NCBI GenBank assembly: GCA_028023455.1 | Contig: JAQFVV010000011.1 | Location: 4,588,001 to 4,652,000 of the forward strand | Direction: 5' to 3' | DNA: 64,000 nucleotides | From: Epiperipatus broadwayi | Taxonomy: Eukaryota; Animalia; Onychophora | Made by a program: the position numbers and the translations under genes | Notes under the pieces: model-generated | The model's input: only the letters and a program-made list of their open reading frames with translations | What the model was told of the DNA's origin: nothing | Databases searched by the model: none | Shown here: positions 13,801 through 26,890 of the stretch, piece by piece | Layout: every line of letters starts with the position of its first letter | Numbering within the stretch: the stretch's first letter is position 1

Positions 13801-16800
13801 CTCATTTGCCTTTTAAAGATGGTCCTAAAGATATTTAAGAGATACAATATTAATTACTTTCATTGGGATGATATTGTTGTAGTATTGAAATCTTATAGAA
13901 GTAAAAGAGTGTTATAGACCATTAAAAGACAGCTTTGCAATAGGTCAAATAGACACATCAATGGAATGTGTGAAATATGCTGACATATGAGTCACGTATT
14001 GATTTGCATTGTAATCATAAGTTATTTTTATATATTTTCCCTCTTCTTTGTATCTTCTATTTTTTATAAAATTAGAATTGTTCATAATGATTTACAATTG
14101 TTATTCTAATTATATATATATATAGACGGTAACAACTAATTAGTTATCCATTTTCTGCCTAATTATAGTATTGCCTTAATAAGAGATTGCAGATATTCTA
14201 TTGGTTTTTTTAAGCCTAAGAGATGTGATGTTATTTATATATATATATTGTAGTCATTTGGCTACATTGCTGCTTTAAGCATAAGAGTATTTGGCAACAT
14301 ACTATTTAAGTTTAAAGTTAATTAACTGGGGGGGGGGTAATATTTAGTTTTACCATATTTTTTTTATATTTATAATGAGTAGTTAATTTCTTTAAATGTT
14401 TACTCTTTCCAAATGATAATATGAGGATTTTTAACGATTTATATTAATATAAGAATTGTCAAACATTATTTTAAGCAACAATGTGAATACTATTATAAGT
14501 TATAAAGAGTTATAAAAGAGAGAAAATGATAAAATAAAGTAAACAATTTTTTTGCCTCTTTTTATTAATTTATCATTTTTGAGTTTAATTTTAATGTTAA
14601 AAAATACTAAGTGAAAAAGTTTTTTTTTCTCTAAGTATTCATAAATTTTAACTTATAACACAGATAAATAAATAAAGTTAAAAGAAAAGAAAAAAATAAG
14701 ATTTTAACATTTTGCTACATTTTTGTTTTAATTGATTAGAGTGTTTTTTCTCTTCTCTTTATTTTCCTTTAATATAACAAGCAGTGGCTATCAAATCAGT
14801 ATAATTAAATGATCTTGTTTTACTTTTTGCAAGAAAATTTTAATTAAAAAGGAATGTTAAAAATTTTATGATTCTAATTTAAGTTTTTGACTTTTTTCAA
14901 TGTCAATGTTGAAAGAGAGAAATAACTGAACAATTGTGTTTGTAAAAATTGACTTAATTGATTATTACTAAATTATGTCATACTGGAAACAGGATTGTGG
15001 TTGTTCAGAGACAGGTTGTTCCAAAATTAAAGAGATATGGGGAAATCAGAAGACCTATGTATCTTGTGAAAAGCATCTACTCTTAATTCAGATGCTGAAG
15101 AAGACAGTAAGAGAAAAGAAGTTCCTGGAACAGCTGCTAAAAATGAATGAAGTAGAACTCTTATTCAAACAGTTGAAGTTTTAACCAAGTTGTTAGCACA
15201 CTATGAGTTTAGTTATAAAATGTTTTCTACCGTGAAAACCATGTGCTATGTTTAGCTAAGAGCTAGACATCATCTTTCTCCATGTAACTTGCTTCACTGG
15301 AATAAAATATAAAGAAAAAAATTCCCTGAAATAATCTGCAACTTTGTATCCAACCAAGAGCATAAGAATCTCAATGTGTTAGCCCCACATGGACATTTTG
15401 TTGTAAAGAAAATGGATAAATTCTTGCTATTTATTAACCTGAAAATACTGCTTACCAAGAAGAAACATTAATTATGTATATTGTATAGAAGCCTTCAAGA
15501 AAAAACTTGCCTGGGAAAACTGGAAATTATAAATGCAAAGAAGAACTCCAAAATTTTAAAAACATGTTTAGAGGTATTCTGCTTTCTGTGCAAATTGTAT
15601 TTTCATTTATAGTTAAAAAGATGTTTTTTTTTTTATAAAAGTAAATGTTCTTTTTAATCCAATTTAATTTTTCTCTTCAAAATTATTAGTTTTTACAAAA
15701 TTTAATCTTATTAAATTTTTCTTTTGAAACATTTTTCTTTTCATTCATTTATTCCCCCCCTCCAAAAATATGTACAAAAGATTAAGCAAATTTAACTTCT
15801 TATCTCTTATTGAAAAGTTTTTTCCTACCTTTTGTTATTTAAAAAATAACTTAATGAATTGAAAATTAATTAATTTAATGAATAGAAATCAACTGGTTAA
15901 TTATAATTTTTAAAAAACTATATTTTTGATAAAATGAATGTATAAATTTTTATACTATCATGTCATTTTTTAAAAAAAATTGTTTATTGTTAATCAGTTA
16001 ATTATTAAATAATTGTTTAAAAATATTCTAGTGTTAATGTCTTTATTTCTCGAACTATCTGTTCCATGAATTGGCAGTGTGTGTGACTTGATTTCAATAC
16101 AGCTTACTGGTCTAGAGATTTTTAAATTATCACAGTAAAGCTATTTAATTATAGTAGAATAAATCTATGGATTATTTACAATTATTTAGAATAAGCTGAT
16201 ATATTTATTTATTTATCTTTTTTTAACAGTAGTAGTTCATATAGTTCTTGCTTCTTGAGCTAAATCAAAGTATAATGATTAGTTGCATAGGGGTGTAGGG
16301 TTTATGTTGGGGTTTAGATATCCAAATGATAACTCTGGATGGCACAAAAGTATCACCTTTAAAGTGCATGCACTACATTTTATTTTTTTATTATAAATTA
16401 AGTTTATAGTTGGCCAGTGTATTAATGGCACTCTATGACCAGAGCATTGATGATTATCAGCATGTTTCAATATCTCAGCATTATTTTTTTTATATTAGTA
16501 CTTCAAGTTCTGCCTAAGTTTGACAGTGGCTAGATAATTATCCTGCCTATAATGGGCCATTTTCAAATACAGTGACAAGGTCAACTGTTGATTTTGACTG
16601 TTCTTTGTTGATTAATGATTGTTGATGATTATCATTTTTTTGGAAATACTGGATATGCATCTTATGTTTTGTTCATGCTGACTCTCTGTTCATATTCACT
16701 GGATCTCATCCATCTTTTTATGCTTCAATATTTTATTTGATATATGGGTATAATGATGATTTCCATCTCCCCATATTCACCATACCTCCATACTATTACA

Positions 16801-16924
16801 TTATCTATAGTGTGGGAGATTGGTCAGACTTCAGAATAAGTGGATGGTCATGATAGGATTGAACTAAGTGAAAATTGCACTAAAAAGGGAAAATGCATGA
16901 TGTAATTCATTGGAAACCTAAGTT

Positions 16925-18020
16925 ACTTTCTGTATAATTATATATACAGTGTCTTTCAGGGATGATATAAGAGAGTCCATCTAAAAATATAAAAGTCTGT
17001 TGAATATTGTTAACTCAATTTTTTTTATTAACTAGTCCTATACATTCTCTTTGGAATTTTCAAATAATAAATTAATATAAAACAAATTCTTATGAAGAAA
17101 GGCAAGCAACAAATCTGATGTTAACATTGATGTATAGTTCATTTGCAACTTTGATAAAGCTAGATCTCAAAGCAGGGCAGATTTTACTTTTTGATATCTG
17201 TTAACAAAGGTTGTACCTACATATGTTGCATTAAGCTTTATAATTCTTTTTTAAGAAAGGTTATTGCTTATAAAAGTTGTATAAACTTTATAAATCCTAT
17301 TTTCTTTTTTGTTTTAAATCAGAAACAGAAAGGAACTAAAGGAAAGCTGAATTTGCAAGGACAGAATTGGAGGCACATTCTTTATAATGATATGCTGAAC
17401 AAAGAAAGTAAATCACTCTCCTATGACTTTTTTAGAGTGATTTTAAGTCATAGCTTGGAGGATGATGATTTATTTTTTTTGTTTACATATTTATTGAGCT
17501 ATGTTGAATTTAAAGTTTAAAGATATTACTTTCCATTACCAGATGGACAATGAGATTTATGCATTTTACTTAACAGACAAATGTCAAATCTTTCCTGATT
17601 TGGAACTGTTTAATTTGTATGATTTAAGGATGTCAATTTTTTTCCATTCATATTTCTTGAAATGCTATTTCGAGTGACAATTGTAATTAATTACTGAATC
17701 TGATCAATTTTATGATATGAAAGTGATAATTTGGAATTAATCTGGCCAAATATTTATTTGTTCAATTTCCTTGCTCTCCATGATGTTCTCAACAGTTTTT
17801 AACCATATCATTACTTTTCCTAATATTGTTCAGCATCTAATTTTCACATCCACAGGATAAATCATAGCCTAAATAAGTCTGATCTTATTTTCAAAAATAT
17901 CTTCTAAATGAAAAAATATATTGATATTTTACATTTGGCATATGCCCAGCATTTGACCATGTTGAATCTCCCAACTAATGAATATTTATTGTGGATGAAG
18001 TATCTAAGAATATGAAACTG
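16925..18020 (-). mobile_element. Tc1/mariner-type DNA transposon remnant
   Basis: Minus translation near 17850-17890 IRSDLFRL*FILW resembles RSPDL.PLDFFLWG; TA-CAGTGT candidate end at 16925. Interior is heavily decayed or interrupted. Confidence 0.35.
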
Positions 18021-18329
18021 TTAATTATGTCTATTTTCTCACTCTTTTTGCCCTGTGTTGTTTAGGGGGAAAATGAGTTATAATAGTTATTTTTACCTGC
18101 TGTTGATATCTCATTATTACTTCACATAAATATTATTTAAATGTATTATAGTTATCAACTACAACACATTCATTTAATCTAATAATAAGAACAAAGCCAT
18201 GTGTATCAGTTAGTATTTATATCAGTTAATTTGATATAAATGTAAAATTAATATAAACCTGATATAAATCAAATTATTTTTTTGTAGTTTTTAATATAAA
18301 TTAAAAAAATATTTTGCATATCTAATTTG

Positions 18330-21270
18330 CATCATCATCATTATCAATCATAATCAATCCACTGCAGGATGAAGGTCTCTCCAATTTCAATCCATCTCCA
18401 ATCTCTAGCCTCATCCATCTACTTGACATTTGGTCTCTTTCTGGGTCATTTACAATATCTTGGAATCCAGTTCAAAATTTCAACTGTCCATCTATTTCTA
18501 GCAATATGTCCAGCTCAACTTCACTTCAGTCTCTTAATTCTTTCAATGGTGTCAACTTGTTTGTTCTCTTGTCCATGTATTTCATTTTCGATATCTTCTT
18601 GTTACTCCTAACATGCATCTTTTCACACTTTTTTGAATGGTCTGAAGTTTCTGTATTGCTCTTCTGTTAAGCATCCAAATCTCAGATCCATAAGTAACAA
18701 CTAGTAAAACACATTAAAAACCTTCCTTTTTAAATACAGGCATATTTCCTTTTAATATTAAGTTATTTTTACCAAAAGCACTTCAACCAAGTTTTATTTT
18801 ATGATTAATTTAATCTATTATGTTTCCATCTGTAGTAGTAATTTGACCAAAATATTTGTAGTTGTTAACTTTTTCTAACTTATTATTATCAATCTTTATT
18901 TTTATCTTTTGAGAAAATTCATTGAACATTACTTTAGTCTTTTTGTCATTAATCTGTAGTCTTAATTTCTTATATTCATCTGTAAATAAATCAATTATTT
19001 TATCTAGCACGATGTTTTATAAACTGTAATAGTTAAACAGCATTAAGCTGTTGCACATGCACTTTGCAGATTTTGGCCATTCTATCTTTTCCCAAAGATT
19101 TTATCATGTGTTTGTGAAGTCTTTGTATTCAGTCATTTATAGTTAAAATCTGCAAAGTGCATGTGCAACAGCTTAATGTTGTTTATCTATTAAATTCATC
19201 TGATAACTCTTGCAACATTTCCTGAAGCTCAGAAGCATTATTTGCCAAAACAATTATATCATCTGCAAAATCTAAATTACTTAAATAATCTCCATTTACT
19301 TTTATCCTTTAACCACATTTTAATCCACAAAATACTTCTTGCAGCACTATTGCAAACAGTTTTAGAGATATGGAGTCACCCTGTCTTACAAACCCTTCTC
19401 AATGATAATCTTTTCTAGTATCATTATGCAATTTAATTGCTGCTGTTACATTTTTATAAATATTCTTCAGAATATGACAATATCCTGGATCTATATCTCG
19501 ATTATCTGATGCTTTAATCACTGAAAAAATGCTTATACTAAAACCACTTTTCAATTCAGCTTGAACTTTTGGATATATGAAATCCAAACTTTTCTATAGA
19601 CAAGTCGTAATTATCTTGGTAAAATTTTTGCATAAAACTGATAAAAGACTAATAGGTCTATAATTTTTAATATCTTCTTTATCAGTTTTTTAAATATTAA
19701 TGGCAATACTGTATTAATCCAATCATCTATTATATTTTTATTATTTAGACTTTTGATGTATTGTTTTGCCAAAAATTGTATTATTTCTTCATCTGTTTTT
19801 TTAAAGATATCGATTGTAATTCCATCATTACCTGGAGTTTTTCTCTTCTTCATAAATTTAATTGCATGTCTCACTTCTTCATTTAAAATCCTGGACATTT
19901 CAGAAGATATAATAGTTGTAGGAGATACTTGTTCTTTATTACTATATAATCCTTGATACAATTCTTCTAAACATTTTATGTCATCTCTCTTTTTAGTAAT
20001 ATTTTCATCTTTTTTATTGCAAATATATGTTTCTTACCAATTTCAAAATGTTTTTTTTATCCTCTTGATACTTTTATTCTCTTCTATAGCTTTACTTTCT
20101 TATATAATTATCAACTTTTTTTAGTTCGATTTTACAAAATTTGAGATATTCAATCCTTTTTTATGCATCATTTTTATATATTTTCATATTCCCTTTTTTC
20201 TTCATAAATTCTGTCTCACGAAAATTTTTATTGATCAATTGCTGCTTTTTGCTACCAGTTATTTTTGTTGTAGTTTTTAAAAGTGTATCAGTTATTTTCT
20301 ATTGATTTCATTCAAATCTGAATCATCTTTAAAATCTGTTAATACCTCAAAACGATTTGCAAGTTTTAATTTAAATTCATTAAAATATTTCTGAAGATTA
20401 GGAATATTAACTGTGAATATTGTTTTTCTTAATAATTTTTGTCTTTATAATTTTGCATTAACATATGTTTTACATCTCACTAATCGATGATCACTTTCTG
20501 TGTTGAATTTACTAAGATTATTACAATCTTGAAGTATGTATTCTTTGTTAGTCAAAATATAATTCAATTCTGCTGTGCCTGTGTATTTCCTTTTAACATT
20601 TTTTTAAAAAATGGAATTCATAATATAAAGTTTTTATTTTTCTGAAAACTCCACAATTCTATGTACTCTCTCATTTCTAATACCATGACCAAATTTACCT
20701 ACCGAAAACTTTCATCTTTCAATTGTTTACCAATTCTAGCATTAAAGCCTTTCATAACAATTTTAAAATGTTCTTTGATCTGTTCAAAAGCCTTTTGTAT
20801 ATCCATATAAAAATCCTCTAATACTTCATCACTATGAGAATTTTTGGATGATAAACCTGAATTATTTGCATTTGATATCTGCTATTAAGTTGAATGACTA
20901 ATCTTGACATTTTGTCTGATACACCATTAATCACCACCAAGTTGTTATTCCATTTTGTACTTCCGATATTTGTGCCTTTGTAGATATGTCCACTTTTTAA
21001 ATCAATTGTCTCTTCACCCTTTTTTTCTAATGTTACAAAATCCAATAATGCCCCATTTAATATAAGACAGTTTTTCCAAGTCTTGCCATCTTCCTTCACT
21101 TGAAAATGATTTGCAGTTGTAAGTACCTGAATAAAAAGTCATCATCAAATTGCAGCCTGGGTCTGCAATCATGATTCTTAGTACCCTTCACCTTCAGCCA
21201 CCAATTACTGCCTTGGATAGTGACTTTACAACCTCCTAGTAATGACGGCCATGATTTATTTCTGTCTGTC
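18330..21270 (-). mobile_element. Near full-length RTE-clade LINE (APE endonuclease + RT), pseudogenised
   Basis: APE: VMKGFNARIG. RT: KTPGNDGITID, VRQGDSISLKLF, YLSNLDFADDIIVL, KYFGQ. 3' end ...ctgcagtggattga followed by a (tga)n tail at ~18330. Many stops and frameshifts. Confidence 0.9.
19029..19190. mobile_element. MITE inserted in the RTE LINE
   Basis: ~46-bp TIRs (atagttaaacagcattaagctgttgcacatgcactttgcagatttt and its reverse complement, 2 mismatches) flanked by TA at 19027-28 and 19191-92. Confidence 0.85.
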
Positions 21271-22744
21271 ATGATTATAAATATATATAAGAATTTTTTT
21301 TTCATTCACACTTCACATTCATTCTGCCTTCATGATAATTTAACTGATATTTCAGTTAAGACTATGGTGTTTATTGATCTTAAACTTGGGGGTAAAAAGC
21401 CAATAAACCATGCTGGCTAATGCATGTTAGTAAGCAGCCCATCCATGTTCATGTATTATATAAATAATTACATAATTATAACAGCTGCAATGATGAATGC
21501 ATGGAGTGGACATTAGGAATCTGTCCTGCTAGATTCCTTTAAAGCCTCCAAGAAAAATCAAAGGATCTCTTTTCATTTAACAGCAAACTCCTTTCTGCAG
21601 CCCTAATATGGTACTTATATATATATATTGTACCAGGTACATTCAGAAGATGATCCAGAGTACTCTCTTTGCTAGGTTTAACTGGGTTTAAACCTTATTT
21701 ATCATAATTTTATATTATAAATATTACATGAACGGACCAGCCCTTTGAGCAGAGGGGAGAATACCATCGATAGCAGAGCTATCAAAGATACCCACGATCA
21801 GACCGAGCTATGCAATGCATAAAACGATCACATTTTCAGACCATGGCTCACCATGACTGCTAGATTCAAACCCCTATTATTCAAGCACTTTATTTGTTTT
21901 GAGGTAAACCTCAGGTGCCAGTTAGCTATAAAAACTAACATGCCGGGACAGTAGGCCCATAATCCAGTGCTCAAAATATCTCATAACTAGCTCAACCAAA
22001 AGAATAATATAATACATTATTGCTTTAAGTAGTGGTAAAGAATTGACTGACAAATATTATGTTTCAAGATAATTTATTTTTAACTAAACATTTATTCTAA
22101 TTTTAATTACTTATATGAAACTTAATTAAATGAAACAATGACTTATCATAACCTTAGGCTCACACATATACAATAGCAGCATAATATAAGAAAGAATATT
22201 AAATAATACAAGACATTTTAAAATACATGAACTCAATATAAAATATCCTAAAGCATTAACATACATGACATTTCAAAAACACGCACATCCGTAGTTCTTT
22301 ATGCATGCTATAGAGTTCATTTATTAACTGACTCTGGGAGTCTTGAAGGATTGCAATGGCTACTTTAATATCAGAAATGGAAATAATAAAAGTTACTCAT
22401 TACCTATAGGATTTGAGTGTTGACTTCTTGCTGGTTGTTGCTTCACGTGAAAATCTTTCCAATCGGTTGGATTTGAGGTTTTTATGCTTGTAGAGGTTTA
22501 ATGCTTAGTATTCAATGGCATTATTCTTTAAGACAGTTTGATATCCCTAGCGGGTTTTTAAGTTGTTAGGCAGGCATCACTTTTTCTGGGCAAATTGGCT
22601 GTTTCCATCGGATTTGGGCTGGAGAAAAGTCATATGATTCCCATGGCTGTTAGCACTGCATTGTCTTGGTAAACACTGATTAAAGAACTGATAGACTGAA
22701 TTTTTAGACTGAATTGAACTGATCTGATTGTGATCTCATCTGAC

Positions 22745-22772
22745 TGATTGATGAAAATCTGGACTATTTATA
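22745..22772 (-). promoter_or_regulatory. LTR core promoter (TATA + Inr-like); equivalents at about 28024, 40514 and 44495
   Basis: Minus strand TATAAATAG followed by TCAGTC/TCAGTT Inr-like motifs; the TATA is present in all four LTR copies. Confidence 0.55.
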
Positions 22773-23500
22773 TGATGACCTGTTGTCACTTTGGTAATTG
22801 TTTTTTATGTCCACCAGCTATATTTGTTGTTGAAATTCCTCCACTGTTTTTGAATACATTCATTAGATAAGATTTTGATTACATGTTTTCATTTGGTAGC
22901 CATTGCAAATTTGTTGTTTGTGGATTTTTAATTTGTAGCCATTGCAAATTCTGGGTTTATATTTCTTATGATTATACAATATTTTTTTAACTTTCATTTA
23001 TTCCTTAACATTGAACACACATATTTTATCAATCATTCGCTATTTACACATGTATATTTTATTGTAAATATTCATTTATTATTAACACTCATAAAAAGTG
23101 CATGCACAATAGCTTGAAAGGCTGATCTTTAATGTATTACAATTTATAAACATGTGCTATATAAAATAAATGCTTATTTAAATAATTTAAATAAAAGAGA
23201 TTTCCTTTTTTTCTTTTAGTTTTAATATTTCCTTTTCTTTTTTTTTTAAATAAAAAGAGAGTATCTTATAGTTTAAACTGTTATACTTTTAATTTTGGTA
23301 GTTCTAACTTATGCCTCATGTGGCCACTGGGCAATACTGCATTACCATCAACAAGCCACAAGAAGCATACAAGTGATAAATTTCATTTTAAACTAATAAT
23401 AAAGAAAAACTCTTTAGACCTTTATAAACAACAATCTCTCAACTGAAACCTTCACATTATTTATGATAATTTTTTATTAATTTTTTTAGACAAAAATTTT

Positions 23501-24699
23501 GGTAATACATGGTCTGTTGATCCACACCGCATGATGGTGCTGTTTCTACGCTAAAGCACATAAATATGCTGTTTACAAGGCTGCTCATAGATTTACAGCT
23601 TGTAAACTGTTCAAACACTAAAATGTCTAAGTGCACCCTTACCCCAACATCTCTAGCATGTTGAACATTATTAGCAACGAGTATGCAACACTTTCTATAG
23701 ACATTACTCTTGACTATTGTACAGTGTATGATATGAAGGTTTCTGTAGTTGTAATGATGAAGAGTATATTAGATTGGATTTATTTATTTTTTGCTTAAAT
23801 GTATTGTAATTGATGTGAGTTAGTAAAAATTGTAACGAATTCTCAAACGCCCCTACTTTCATTGTCAGGGGTCAGAATTCACTAAATGAGGAGTGTAAAT
23901 CACACTTTGGCAAAGTTCATGATCAAGTTGTGCACATTCCGAGACTTTTTCGAGATCAAAACAGTTCAATGTCAGATGACCGTTCAGTAGTGTAGTTTTA
24001 AGATTTACTTGCTACAGAAGCAGATGTGGTGGCCTTCCTTCAACCCCCAAAAAATATTTTACCCACCTAGAAAAACTGTCTTTGTGGTGGTTTAATGAAA
24101 TTAAGGTGTTGTCAAACATCTGAAATGGAATGTCAATGTCGATGAAGGTGTTCTATTTGCTAATGGAACAGGCTTTGAGAGCTGCTGAATTGCTTTTTCA
24201 CAAGTGGTATGGCTAATTTATTATTGAAGCCGGGATCAGTTTACAGTGAAGCTTATTAGAGCTGAGTTGGAAAGGTGTCAAAATGCCATAAGGAATATGA
24301 TGACAGGTCTTAGAGAGGTCTGTCGAGAAAGCCTTGTTTCTCGATAAAAAATGAAAAAAGCTTCTTCAAAAACAATAAAAAAGACTTGGAACAACAACAA
24401 CAAAAAAGTTTCTTTAAAAAAAAGACCGAACGAAAATAAATTTTTGTTGTTTTTTTTTTTAAAAAAAAGACAACTTTTTAAAAAGCCACCCCCCCCCCCC
24501 ATTATTTTATTTTTAAGAAATATACATCAAACTGGTTACAAAAAAAAAGCAACAACAACAAAAAAAATCAAAATCAAGCAAATCCAAAAATTAAAAACAT
24601 AAATCAACAAAATTTCAAAACAGCCCAGTAACATATCTATTTGTTTTTCACTAGCAACAGCCCCATAGGGCAGTATGGGTAATTAGACGATGTATTACC
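23501..24699 (+). mobile_element. Merlin-superfamily DNA transposon nested in the E1 LTR
   Basis: TIR GGTAATACATGGTCT / GGTAATACATCGTCT (14/15), 8-bp TSD aaaatttt/aaaatttc where the uninterrupted LTR has a single aaaatttc. GG-start TIRs and 8-9 bp TSDs are Merlin traits. Confidence 0.85.
23969..24350 (+). pseudogene. Merlin transposase N-terminal remnant
   Basis: MSDDRSVV*F*DLLATEADVVAFLQ..ILP..NCLCGGLMKL..C; ..GTGFESC..QVVWLIYY..; LREVCRESL (cf. FCREVC). The DDE core is not recognisable. Confidence 0.7.
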
Positions 24700-24732
24700 A
24701 AAATTTCAATGAGTGCTGTCAGTAGCATTACA

Positions 24733-24752
24733 TTACACCGCTCTCGATTTGA
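24733..24752 (-). promoter_or_regulatory. E1 polypurine tract (degenerate)
   Basis: Minus strand aaatcgagagcggtgtaa directly before the 3' LTR start; E2 equivalent is aaatggagggcagtgtaa. Confidence 0.6.
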
Positions 24753-26074
24753 GAATAAAATGTGTCTCTTAATCATTTTATCTCTGACAACTTTTAATTA
24801 TTAGATTTGAAATATTTACATGTATTTTTATTTCTCTAAGTTTACTTTCTTTATCTAAACTATACATGCCAAGGGAAATCTGTTTTGACTATGCTTTTCT
24901 TCCTTTTAAGCTGACGACATTGCTTCCAATGATCAAGTATTAGATGTTGACCATGAGGACAGCACTATTTTTGTGATATAAGGATTTTAAAATGAGGCAG
25001 ATGCAGAGTTTGCTGGCTTACACGTATGACATGAAGGTTCATTTGCCAGTTTTCCTACCAGACTTTGTAAAAAGAAAAGATCACTGTGAATGGCAGGATT
25101 CCTATACTGTCCAATTCGACTTACACTTTCGAACAAAATAGGAATAATATGAAATATGCGGACTCTCCCCTGAAGAAGTGATTCACGGCTTACTCTGGTT
25201 GTTCCCAGTGCGCATTTTTAAAGAGAATGGGGATTTTGCCCTGAGAAGTAATCCCTGACATTCTGTTATGGGTGCTAATTTTATCCAGACAACAGTTTTA
25301 ACTTTTTTTAAAACATTTCTATGCTGGCTACCTTCCTTTCAATTAATTACAATCTCTTATACACTCTAACTTAACGTAGATTGATTTATATTATTTTAAT
25401 CTTACAATATTATTTTAATTTCATACAAATATTATCTTAACACATTTATTTATATTAATCTTACAATATTATTCTAAACCATTACGAACATTATTTTAAC
25501 ATATTTATATTAATCTTATAATATTATTTTTAAACCATTTCTTTAACTTGCTATTTTATTTTTATTATGATTCATCCTTTATTATTTTTCTACAGATATT
25601 TTACTTATTTATTTAACTTGATTACTTTAAACCATTTATTTAACTTCCTTTTATTAACTTGCGTGTATTCAAAACAAACTTTTATTTTATTACGTTACTT
25701 TATTTATTATTTTCTACAGATATATTATACTTATTTATTTAACTTGATTTTATTGATTTTATTTGAACTATTTATTTACGAACATTTTTCTTCTTAATGT
25801 GTGCGTGAAAAATAATCTTTTATCCAGTGAAGCCTCCTTGTTATTATTTTACGTAAACAACTCATCATTTCCTTTCCTTTTTTTATTATTTTAGTTTTAA
25901 ATAACAATTTCTCTAATTTAGGTTTATCACCTAAGTTAAAAGTTTTTTTCCCCATTAAATTCATTATCCATTTTCGGTCCTTTGTTTCTTTTCGTTATTT
26001 TAACATTCCATCCATTAACTAACTCCTAAACTTTGTCAGGCAGTTCTTTTTTTCTACCTACTAACTCTATAATA

Positions 26075-26746
26075 TTAATTAACTCCCCCCTTTGTCTATC
26101 CCTCGCTTATAATTTATTGCCTTGTTTCTTTCCTGTTCCATTCTATTTTCTGCCTCGTAAATTGGAAAACTTTTATACTTAGCAAAACTCCATATTTCTT
26201 CAAACTGAGAATATTTTTCCTACTCTTTCTTTTTGTTTTAAATTTATGCTTAAAATGAACATGAACATTTGCTTTAACCTTTTTATTTTTATTTCCTTGA
26301 GAAAACTCTTTATGTTATATTCTACCCATATTATTTCCATTTCCAAGTTACTATACTTAATGCTATCTTGTTCTACTATCCCTTCATCTACATTCTCTAC
26401 TTCATCCTTCCTTTCACTTCCATGTCTTACTACCTTGACTTGCTTTTCAACTTCCTGACTTTCTTTAACAAACTCTAACTATAATTTTTTGGTTCTTCTC
26501 TACCTTTCCTATTATCTTGCATCTCATTTCTCTCACTTCCGCTCTGAGTTCACTAATTTCTCCCTTCAATTCTGCTTTGAGCTCTTGTTGACTTTGCCCG
26601 AATTCTTGACACATTTTTTTCATAAATTCTGCTTTGAACTCTTGCTAACTTTGCTTAAATTCTTGACACATTTCTTTCATCATATCCACCATCATTTTCA
26701 TCAGCATCTGTGTCTCAGATATATCTTCATTTGTTTTTTTAACCAT
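26075..26746 (-). pseudogene. E1 ORF1 remnant: coiled-coil, acidic and basic segments (gag-position ORF)
   Basis: MVKKTNEDISETQMLMKMMVDMMKEMCQEFKQS*QEFKAEF...ELKGEISELRAEVREM; later KKVKANVHVHFKHKFKTKRK and YSQFEEIWSFAKYKSFPIYEAENRMEQERNKAINYKRGID. Stops and frameshifts present. Confidence 0.7.
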
Positions 26747-26867
26747 TTTTGAAACAAAATTTCTATTCCATTAAATTTAAATACAAACTGTTTAATTATT
26801 TTGTTAAACGGAACATACAACTTTTCAAACAAGAAAATATTTATTTCACTGTTATTTATGAAGGTTC

Positions 26868-26888
26868 TCCCTACATTGGGTAAATCCA
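26868..26888 (-). promoter_or_regulatory. E1 primer-binding site (degenerate tRNA-Lys type)
   Basis: TGGATTTACCCAATGTAGGG 2 nt after the LTR end; a decayed version of the E2 PBS. Confidence 0.55.
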
Positions 26889-26890
26889 AT

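Larger units (their letters stand above)
21629..24732 (-). repeat. E1 3' LTR (~1.9 kb net, interrupted by Merlin)
   Basis: Collinear with 26891-28672, roughly 5-10% diverged in a stretch compared by eye; resumes after the insertion as aaatttcaatgagtgctgtcagtagcattaca. Confidence 0.9.

Noticed and set aside
22300-22750. Coding ORF or viral capsid fragment inside the LTRs (GC-richer block in all four copies)
   Set aside because: Stops in the minus-strand frames translated, and the block lies just downstream of the TATA/Inr, consistent with R/U5 sequence.
24345-24615. Lys-rich and Phe-rich ORFs (24351-24602, 24278-24502)
   Set aside because: Homopolymer-rich low-complexity stretch replacing the Merlin DDE region; looks like an unpolished or degraded segment, so the ORFs are artefacts.
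25340-25850. Repeat array or CRISPR-like structure in the LTR-element spacer (also 41700-42300)
   Set aside because: Only degenerate AT-rich ttatt/aacttgatt motifs with no constant repeat-spacer periodicity; eukaryotic TE context.
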